A DNA stretch of 64,000 nucleotides from Octopus bimaculoides (Eukaryota). The notes below the pieces were generated by a model. The model had not been told where the DNA came from and searched no databases. It saw only the letters and a program-made list of their open reading frames with translations. The first letter of the stretch is position 1. Each line of letters starts with the position of its first letter. Location: contig NC_068986.1 of NCBI RefSeq assembly GCF_001194135.2, positions 20,551,307 to 20,615,306 on the forward strand, written 5' to 3'. Positions 14,564 to 64,000 of this stretch are shown in pieces. Made by a program: the position numbers and the translations under genes.

Positions 14564-15363
14564 TCCCCCCAACATCGCTTGAGTGATGCCCGATGCTGGT
14601 GTGTTTGCGTCCCCATAACTTAGCAGTTCAGCTGGAATTCTCAGTGTTTACATGTACCAACAAATGTTTGAGTATGTAGCATGGGTTGATCATTATAATT
14701 ACGCAATCTAAATGACTATCGGCATTATAAATGTCTTGATGTGTGTAAACCAAATATGGCCACTTCAAGAGAATTTGATTCTGCTGCACAACATACCTGT
14801 GAGGACTCTCAATTTCTTGAATTTTAAATGTACATTTTTCCACATGTACAAGCTGTGCTTCTACTAGCCAGCTATACTCCCCATTAGGTTTTGCATATAT
14901 TGTCCATCAAATCAAGAATGGTGATATAAAAGCACAAGAAATATAACCAATGGAAGTGATTTACTTACAGCTTCATTTTAATTACATGTAAACAGCATGT
15001 CTCTTCAGTAGCTTTATAGATGATTATGTATACATTGTTACAGAATTCTAGCTAAATTCTTTAAGTTGTTTACTTGGTGTATATAACTTTACAGGATGAA
15101 ATAAAATAATCATTCTCTTGTCCATCAAGCTACAGCCATTCAGCAAGCTCGGTTTTATTTCCTGTTTCAGAAGGAGACTTAGGTCTTTTCTGTGTTGTAT
15201 CATTCACTTGCAATGTTGCTTCCTTCTTTAGGGGAAAGATAATTGATGTAAAGTGTAGGTTGAAAATAGTGATAAACTATGATGTCAAAAACTTGTATGT
15301 AAATTAAGATTCTGCCTACTTTTGCAATATCTCAAATACTTTAGTAATATAAAAGAATGTTAA

Positions 15364-15541
15364 CCCCTTTTGTTACCAGCTCAGCTGAGACTACCCCTGG
15401 TTCTGTGATACAAACTTTTTGAAGTGATGTGATTTAAAACTTTTCAAACAGCAGCTTTATAATGACTGTTATTTTACTGAATTCATCAGTTTTGAAGTTA
15501 TTTAAAACAGAATTTCAATAGAACTCTGGTAACAAAAAAGA
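15364..15541. mobile_element. TTAA-flanked MITE, family 2 relative
   Basis: TTAA-CCCCTTTTGTTACC ... GGTAACAAAAAAGA-TTAA. Confidence 0.7.
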
Positions 15542-15876
15542 TTAAGTATACTGTCATATAAGGTAACTTCTCGTAAAGCTGCCAATTATTAGTTACGCAT
15601 TAGAAGCATGTTTAAAAACAAATCTTCTCTTACCTGAGCCGGTGCAGCAAATGGAACAAGCATAAACATCTGGTTTAATATTTCCCTTTTAATAAAGTTT
15701 TAAAACCTAAAGGAAATTTCTTAATGCTAATTAAGAGTACTCCCTGACCAATCATAAGAACTGAAAATTATTGTTGAGGTCAGTGTACCGAATGGGAAAA
15801 TATTGGGCACCATTTTCTATGAAAAACAAGGGAAGCAGTTTGTAGTAGCTGAGTGTCATTACGGGACTAAACAGAC

Positions 15877-16402
15877 CAGGGGTGGGGAAACTCCTGCCTG
15901 AGGGCGCAGTTGCACTTGTGAGCCCATTTTATTGTGCCTGCAGGCTGGTATACTCGTATGTACAAAATTTAGTAAATTTTTCAATTATAAAATTTATACA
16001 ATATTCGTATTCCTATTTGTGACATAAGTCACGTTTCCACTGTGACTTAAAATGGTTAAACTCAAACAGAAAATCGTCTGGTAATTGCCATTTGAATGGA
16101 AATATTGTTTTTACTATAAAACACATATTGCTAGATTTTTACCACCCCATTGAGACCCAACTACACTCTAGCTGAAAAATAAAGAATACCTCATAAGTAA
16201 TATAAGCATTCTAAATTCAGTGGTTATGTTAATGATGTTATGCATTAATTTAATGTGTTAAACTTATCTTTATTAATTTATATCGAATTATACATATGTA
16301 CAAGATTTACACAGATGTAAGAGTTAGAACTTATCATCCGCCTGCGGACCTTTTACTTTGGAAATTTTTTTCCTGCCGCATTAAAAAGTTTCCCCACCCC
16401 TG
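15877..16402. mobile_element. hAT-like (Charlie-type) MITE
   Basis: Perfect 16-bp TIR CAGGGGTGGGGAAACT / AGTTTCCCCACCCCTG; 8-bp flanks aaacagac / aaatagat (6 of 8 identical) consistent with a decayed TSD. Confidence 0.85.
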
Positions 16403-17731
16403 AAATAGATCTATCCTCTTGATAGAAAATGTTTAATGAAAGCTGTTAACTAGAACCTAAAACTAAAATGCACATGGTTGCATTGGTATGTGTGAAGGCT
16501 ATTTTTCCTGTCCATATTCAGGAATGGGGAAAAGAGGAATGCCACAAACTTATCTAGTTATGTTTGGCTATTGAAGCGAGTTATAATTTTGATGGCATTG
16601 AATCTAGCATACCATACAAAGTAATGCCAGCTATGTTTGGTTTAAAATGACAAATGACAAAACTAATAAATGCTTTGTGTAGAAAGTTTGAGATATTAAG
16701 ATACTTGCATGAAAGCAATTTCTACAGAGCAATCTAGTAAAGAGCTACTTTAAGCTATTTAATGTAAATAAGACCTGCCTGAAGTTTATATGTTCTGTGT
16801 ACCACTGTAAAAATATTAATACTGGAAATATTTCCTTTGTTGATATACTATCAGGCATAAAGAAGCTGAAAGTTTACAATGTGTCTCTTGTGCTACTGAC
16901 TATTGTTAATGTTGGAAATGCTTTGTTGACAACATGATCAGCCTGGCAAATTAAGTTGAAATAATGTAAAGGTTGTCAACTTCATTTAAGATAAAGTAAT
17001 TGTATTTAGTCTACTTGACATTGAGTACTCTCTGTAACTTCAGTTTATTTGTGGCATTGCTGTCTTTGAGAAATTTGCTTCACAACCATATAGTTTTGGA
17101 TCTGATTGATGACATGATACCTTGGTCAAGCGACTCCTTTATAGCCTCAGGTCAACCAATATCACTTGGAACTATATGGAAGCTTGTGTGTGTTTTTATT
17201 TTTTTTTGTCTTTATGTATCTTTGTGCTGGCACTACTTGTGCAGCAGTGACGTTTATATCACCCCATCTACAAAACATTCTGCTTAACAGTTTGATATGC
17301 AAAGACTATTGGAATAAAGTATATTACTTGAAAACAAGTAATAGTTAGAAGGGTATCTAACAACAGATGACTGCCTTGTGAACTCTCACCTAGCACAGGG
17401 CAGTATGGAGGAATCAGATGTAAAAATGCTCAGGAGTCATTTGCATCACCCCAGGCATGTCAGTGTGGTTAAGAAGTTTACTTCGCAACCTTGTACAGGT
17501 GTGTTCTAGTAGTACAACCACAGGTTGAACATTGATAGCTATGTAATTAGAATTTGATCAATACAAACTGCATCTGGTGTTTGTTTTTGACCATAACAAA
17601 TAGATTTATTGAAATGAGTACAAGATTGGTATAAGTACTGAGGTTTGTATGACCAAGCTGTTGAAGAAAATGTCCCTAACTTCAGTTATTTGACTGACAC
17701 CAGTAAAAATATATTAAACAGATTATCTTAA

Positions 17732-17952
17732 CCTTTTAGCATTTAATCTGGCCATATCCAACCCAGATATTCTACTTGTTTTATGTTCAAACTGGCCAGA
17801 TCTGGCCTCTCACACCTACCCAATATTTGTCATTCTAAACATAAACAATAACATCACTGAAATCTGAAAGCAGCGAAATAATGCATAATTTATTCAAAAT
17901 AATGTGAATAAATAAGCATTACATTTGACAGAATAATCTGAATGCTAAAGGG
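17732..17952. mobile_element. TTAA-flanked (piggyBac-like) MITE, family 1
   Basis: TTAA-CCTTTTAGCATT ... AATGCTAAAGGG-TTAA; internal sequence is the inverse of 36627-36842. Confidence 0.8.
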
Positions 17953-18187
17953 TTAAAATATATTAATCTGTATTTTTCTGCATACAAAGAAGTCAATAAA
18001 AAAAATTGGCTCTTTTTATTCTAGTTTTAAGCAAGCTGGTTGAAACCATGTTAGGGCTTGCTTGTTTTTGTTTTATTGAGAAAAAAAAATGCACATGACC
18101 TTTTATTTTATCAAATTGTTGTCCCATCATAAATTTATTCAGCTTGCATTTTTAATATCCTGTCATTTTCAATTCTTTTCAATATAG

Positions 18188-58260
<40,073 letters not shown>

Positions 58261-58774
58261 AGCTAGATTTGTTTTGTTTGAATTTTTGTTTTAACATTTT
58301 TTTCCTCTCATCAGCCACTGAAAGAGGTGGTGGCAAAAAAAAAAGAACAGATCAATAGACCTGGCTATATTTATACATATATATATATATGTATGTATGT
58401 ATAAATATATATATGTATAAATATATATTATTACCATTCAATCACTGTAAAATCATCCACAGGGAAGTTGTGGCTTCTCCACCAATCATTCACTTCATCA
58501 CTATAAATTTCATTCATCTTTTAACTACAAATTGACTCTGATTGCCAGATTATATATGGACATATACTTACAAACACCACATGCACATCATACACTACAT
58601 GCACACACACACACCAGACATATACATAAGTGTGCTGTCACTCACATAGGTGCTTGATGCACATATGCCACATGCAGCACACGCATACCATACACAGGTG
58701 TACATATACAATTTAAAAAGCTTTCACATCTGACTGAAATGTTAAGATTTTGTTGGCTTGAAAAACCATTTAAA

Positions 58775-58780
58775 AATAAA
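58775..58780 (+). terminator. Candidate polyadenylation signal AATAAA in OGT 3' UTR (alternatives at 59224 and 59247)
   Basis: First AATAAA found downstream of the stop codon; the region is A-rich, so it may be chance. Confidence 0.35.
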
Positions 58781-59043
58781 ATTTTAAAAAAACCCTTTAA
58801 AAAACACTTCCAATCAACCAGGATCTTTTAGTATGTATGTTAATGTATGAGGATGTATGCAACATCTACATAAGCTGGTTTTTTTTCAGCATTTTGTTAG
58901 CACGGCTTAAGACAAAAATTCCGAAAACCAGCAGCTGCAAAAAACCTGTTGCCTTTTTTTAAACTTAAAAAAGAAACAACAAAAATCCAAAACTGGTTGC
59001 AAAGTAACGGGTCAGGTCGACAGTGACCAGTTATTAATTATTA

Positions 59044-59074
<31 letters not shown>

Positions 59075-59299
59075 CATATATATATATATATATGTATTTA
59101 TTTTTCTTTTTTTTACTTGACCTTTCACAAAGTTTTGCCTTTTGACTTTTAGATCTGAAAAGTAAAATGAGGAAATCTAGTGTTAGAGACCAATCCAAAC
59201 CATAGTGGATGAAATGCTTTCCCAATAAAGATAGCTATGGAATTCAAATAAAGAAGTTATTTATATATCTGTANNNNNNNNNNNNNNNNNNNNTTTTTT

Positions 59300-59542
59300 A
59301 AATTTAAATATTTATATTTGTGTGTGTGTATATAATAGTATATTAAATTTGTATCTATATATATATACATATGTATATAATATATATAAATTTGTGTATG
59401 TATGTGTATATATATAGTATATATATATAAATTTTTTGCGTCTATATATATATATGTATATATATATATTAATTTGTATATATTATATAAATTTGTATAT
59501 ATTTAATTTGTGCGTGTATATAATAAAAATTTGTGTGTGAGC

Positions 59543-59589
<47 letters not shown>

Positions 59590-59590
59590 C
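59300..59590. repeat. Degenerate TA/TG low-complexity tract ending in (GT)n
   Basis: Direct reading. Confidence 0.85.
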
Positions 59591-60062
59591 ATTGCTATGT
59601 AGATACTGGGTTTTATCTCGCTGTGCTGCACCTTGGGCAAGTATCTTTTAATAGCCTCGGACTGGCTGATGACTTGTGATTGAAGTTTGGTAAGGGTGGG
59701 GGGAAAATTTTGCTGAGTCCTGTGCGTTTATATTTTGGCACCACTCTGAAGACTGGTGTTGTTGCTTGTGCCCTTTTTTTAATGTCCCATAATGTTGCAG
59801 TTTGACAGTTAGAATTGATTAAAAAGCTGCTGGTGTTAATACCATTACTTACAACCCCTTGGAGACGGTACCCCAGCAGGGCTGCAAGTTAAAAGACTGG
59901 AACCAGTACAAGAATGTCTCTGTGTGTATGTATGTATATACATATATGTGCGTGTGTGTGTGATTCAATGTGGGTTAGGGACTCTGAATGGATTTTGTGA
60001 ATAAGTTTTCCCTCCTTTTTATCCCTCTGTGTGTGTGTGTGTCTATATACACACACACACAT

Positions 60063-60099
<37 letters not shown>

Positions 60100-60577
60100 G
60101 GTTTTGTATGTTTGGCAAGTTGATGACTCATTACAAGAGATGAACAACAGGTTGACTGCTGTCAAGTGTCGTCTCGTTTTGTTTACATGGATAATTTTTA
60201 CCTGCAGCACAGTAGTAGCAACAACAATGATGGGAAGCTAGCAATTGACCTTGTAGTTCGTAATACCTCCTTCCCCTCCAGCTACTGCTGCTTCTCTCAA
60301 TTTCAGGGTAATTATGGTAAAAAAAAATAAATATTTTATATCTTCATTGAAATAACTTACAATGCAATCTCTTAGCTAAAAACATCATTGTATGCCTTCA
60401 TTTTCCTGGTTTTTCATGTTATGTTTAAGAATTTGGCATGCATTTTGAAGATCAGGGAATGGCTTTTCCCTCCCTTGGTTCTTTTTTTAATATTTAGGTT
60501 TAAAATTTCTCTTCTTACAAAGAATATTAGATAATAGGCGTAGGAGTGGCTGTGTGGTAAGTAGCTTGCTTACCAAC

Positions 60578-61561
60578 NNNNNNNNNNNNNNNNNNNNNNN
60601 NNNNNNNNNNNNNNNNNNNNNNNNNNNNNNNNNNNNNNNNNNNNNNNNNNNNNNNNNNNNNNNNNNNNNNNNNNNNNNNNNNNNNNNNNNNNNNNNNNNN
60701 NNNNNNNNNNNNNNNNNNNNNNNNNNNNNNNNNNNNNNNNNNNNNNNNNNNNNNNNNNNNNNNNNNNNNNNNNNNNNNNNNNNNNNNNNNNNNNNNNNNN
60801 NNNNNNNNNNNNNNNNNNNNNNNNNNNNNNNNNNNNNNNNNNNNNNNNNNNNNNNNNNNNNNNNNNNNNNNNNNNNNNNNNNNNNNNNNNNNNNNNNNNN
60901 NNNNNNNNNNNNNNNNNNNNNNNNNNNNNNNNNNNNNNNNNNNNNNNNNNNNNNNNNNNNNNNNNNNNNNNNNNNNNNNNNNNNNNNNNNNNNNNNNNNN
61001 NNNNNNNNNNNNNNNNNNNNNNNNNNNNNNNNNNNNNNNNNNNNNNNNNNNNNNNNNNNNNNNNNNNNNNNNNNNNNNNNNNNNNNNNNNNNNNNNNNNN
61101 NNNNNNNNNNNNNNNNNNNNNNNNNNNNNNNNNNNNNNNNNNNNNNNNNNNNNNNNNNNNNNNNNNNNNNNNNNNNNNNNNNNNNNNNNNNNNNNNNNNN
61201 NNNNNNNNNNNNNNNNNNNNNNNNNNNNNNNNNNNNNNNNNNNNNNNNNNNNNNNNNNNNNNNNNNNNNNNNNNNNNNNNNNNNNNNNNNNNNNNNNNNN
61301 NNNNNNNNNNNNNNNNNNNNNNNNNNNNNNNNNNNNNNNNNNNNNNNNNNNNNNNNNNNNNNNNNNNNNNNNNNNNNNNNNNNNNNNNNNNNNNNNNNNN
61401 NNNNNNNNNNNNNNNNNNNNNNNNNNNNNNNNNNNNNNNNNNNNNNNNNNNNNNNNNNNNNNNNNNNNNNNNNNNNNNNNNNNNNNNNNNNNNNNNNNNN
61501 NNNNNNNNNNNNNNNNNNNNNNNNNNNNNNNNNNNNNNNNNNNNNNNNNNNNNNNNNNNNN
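60578..61561. other. Assembly gap (N run); smaller gaps at 6752-6761, 14311-14433, 41196-41205, 54414-54423 and 59274-59293
   Basis: Runs of N. Confidence 0.99.
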
Positions 61562-62519
61562 TTTTTAGATCTACCAAATTATTAATTTTATTAATAATGA
61601 TGTAAAAAAAACAAAGCAAACATATACATATTTTTTTTTTTTTTGAAAAGATATGATGATGATGATGAATTCCTGGGACTTAGTAAGAAAAAAAAAAATA
61701 ATCTACAGAATGACTCTAAAAGCATAAACTAAAACAACTCTTTAAAACACTTGGACACATAAAACAACAAAGAAAAAAAAACAATAGAATTCTGAGGAAT
61801 TTCTGATTGTTGATATATAGATATATGTATATACATATATCTCAAGAGTATGTATATTTAATTTTATTATACTTTGTGCATACTTTGTATCTGCGTACAT
61901 AGACTGCATATTGATTTGTTTGGTTCATTTTTGTTATTTCTTAATATTTTCAGTAACCTGCTTTAATGGTTAAGTTTTTTTCTTTTTTTTTTTTGTATAT
62001 TACACCCTCCCTTCTTTCTTTCCTCCCATCTCTTTAATGATAAAGAAATAAATTAGGTATTTATTGCTCTTGATCTATTGTGTAAGTCTTTTTTTCTCTT
62101 TTATGTCTGTCACCACTATCACCACCGTCATCATCATCGATTTAACTGCCACTTTTTCATGCTTGAGTGACTTTGATGGAATTTGCTGAAGTACATTCTC
62201 TTCGATCAGATGACCTTCATGTTGCCAAATATCACTGGTTTCCCCCCAAAGGCCAGACATGTTTTTCATGAAAGATTGAAAATAAGGGACACCACTTGGT
62301 TGACAACTATGTTGCGATGTGAAGACAAGGGGAGACAAACACCCACATACACTGCTGGGGTTTCGTTTAAGTTTCGTCTGCCAAATCTAGTCAAGGATTT
62401 GGTTGGCCTTTGGCTATAGTACAAGACACCCAATGTACTGTGCAATGAGACTGCCCTATACTGTTCGGTTAGGAAGCATCTTGTGAATCCCACAGCCGTC
62501 CTTGCACTTGAACATTTTC

Positions 62520-62590
62520 CTTCCCAGCGGGGGATCGAACTGTGGTCTCCTGCTCTACAAGCAGAAATATTTATCCTCTCTACATTACCT
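62520..62590 (-). pseudogene. tRNA-like fragment or SINE head
   Basis: Reverse complement contains gcaggagaccacagttcgatcccccgctggga (T-arm-like GTTCGATCCC); no intact cloverleaf seen. Confidence 0.3.
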
Positions 62591-63159
62591 AGGAACATTA
62601 TTCTATTCAAAGCCACGGTTTCAGCCTGACTACCTGCTGACGTTCTACACAGCTGAATTTCACGTTGTTAGTCTCGTGTCTCAAGGTGCTCGTTCAGTCA
62701 ATATTGGTCAGCTTGAAGAATTAAAGATTCTACAACATTTCTTATTTGATGCAACACGAAATTTTGTCAGTGAACAGGTTGCAGTTTCAAAGCGAAAATA
62801 TTTTGACAAATTAAATTTAAATGTTGAAGTGAATCAAACGGTTTTTGTGTGTTTTTTAAATGGCTAATAAACACTTTCCATGCTGCAATTGTTTTTGTTT
62901 CAGCACATGATCTCAGATCAGGTCACGTGCTATGCAAGTACATCTCTGCAATTATTTGAATCTGTTACTGTGAAAAATGCAAACACGATGTCGTGAACAC
63001 AGAACCTAAATGACTCGTTTTGTAAACGTAATCACCATCACCATTATTTGAACATGCATTACAGGCTGCCAAACGTTACCTGTTTCCAAACCAGCTACCA
63101 ATTCTCTGACCTTTTGGAAACGGATTCTGCTGGTTGCATATTGGTGACGTTTTTCTTTT

Positions 63160-63360
63160 ATTCTTTTGTTCCAGTCATTTGACTGCAGTCATGCTGGAGC
63201 ACCGCCTTTAGTCGAACAAATCGATCCCAGGACTTATTCTTTGTAAGCCTAGTACTTATTCTATCGGTCTCTTTTGCTGAACCGCTAAGCTACGAGGGAC
63301 GTAAACACCAACATTAGTTGTCAAGTGATAGTGGGGGATAAGCACACACATGCACACACG
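63160..63360 (+). mobile_element. Dispersed repeat family D; inverse copies at about 6555-6720, 14560-14625 and 21330-21460
   Basis: cagtcatttgactgcagtcatgctggagcaccgcc...aatcgatcccaggacttattc...ctagtacttattctatcggtctcttttgctgaaccgctaag recurs in the window. Confidence 0.7.
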
Positions 63361-64000
63361 ACAGGCTTCTTTCACTTTCCATCTACCAAATCTACTCAAG
63401 TCTTTGGTCGGCCCGAGACTATAGTAGAAGACACTAACCCAAGGTGTTTTAACGTCCACTTTTTCACACTTGCATGGATCAGACGAAGTTTCTATATCAA
63501 CTTAACGAATCACTTATTGTCGCTGTTTACAACTGTGAACTTTCGATACTTTCAGCTGGAGAAATTATTGGAGGAATAAATGACTGAACCATCGCAAAAT
63601 GCAGTAGAATCCCGGCTTAACAGATAAAGCGCTAAGATCACGTTAAGTCTGGAGTTGCTTCCCTTACATGCTAACATTTTTTTTAGTGCCAGTATTTGGC
63701 GGATATTTCATTATAAAGGTTTCGAAAGGGATAGATGCCAATGTGATTTCCGAGGGATTTCAGATCAGCAGGATAGCTTAGTCCAGAGGCAGAATGAGAC
63801 GTCACATGAAAGTTCACCAAAACAATGCTGTGACATGTATTGCAAGAAGCTGTCACATTTGTATGAAAGAATGTAAATGTTGAGCTGGACGGAAAATCCA
63901 CATCCGCGCTGTTCAATGTTTCAGAAAACAATCAAGTGATGACATTACAGGAAATCGAGTTGCTGCCAGTCTGTCTTTCCACGAATAGAGACTTATCGTC

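Noticed and set aside
58370-58720. Pumilio-like TGTAHATA motifs in the 3' UTR
   Set aside because: Embedded in TA/TG microsatellite-derived sequence where such 8-mers arise by chance.
60554-61619. 343- and 349-aa ORFs
   Set aside because: Made almost entirely of N (assembly gap).

Overview
AT-rich, microsatellite- and SINE-rich animal genomic DNA; the repeat families look like those of Octopus (coleoid cephalopod), which is my inference. One protein-coding gene dominates the window: O-GlcNAc transferase (OGT) on the + strand. I resolved 21 GT-AG coding exons from 18188 to the TGA at 58258-58260. They splice into one open frame of about 1019 aa after a split Gly codon, with TPR repeats and an intact catalytic region. 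The short first coding exon was not identified; a CpG-rich zone at about 60-1750 suggests the promoter or exon 1 lies there or just upstream of the window. Introns carry decayed mariner, Tc1-like, RTE and Penelope elements, several MITE families (TTAA/piggyBac-like, hAT-like, Tigger-like) and tRNA-derived SINEs. The most interesting signal is in the 11.2-kb intron 23407-34599 (DEAK|ACYLK), which sits at the position of the O-GlcNAc-regulated detained intron 4 of mammalian OGT. It contains a GC-rich island at about 30350-30665 with a branch point and 3' splice site, a cluster of six or more 5'-splice-site-like GTYRGY motifs and palindromes. It also contains tandem CAG|GTGTG sites and CpG-rich cryptic-exon-like elements. 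Together these suggest an invertebrate counterpart of the OGT decoy-exon / intron-detention feedback system. This is a hypothesis that needs alignment and RNA data.
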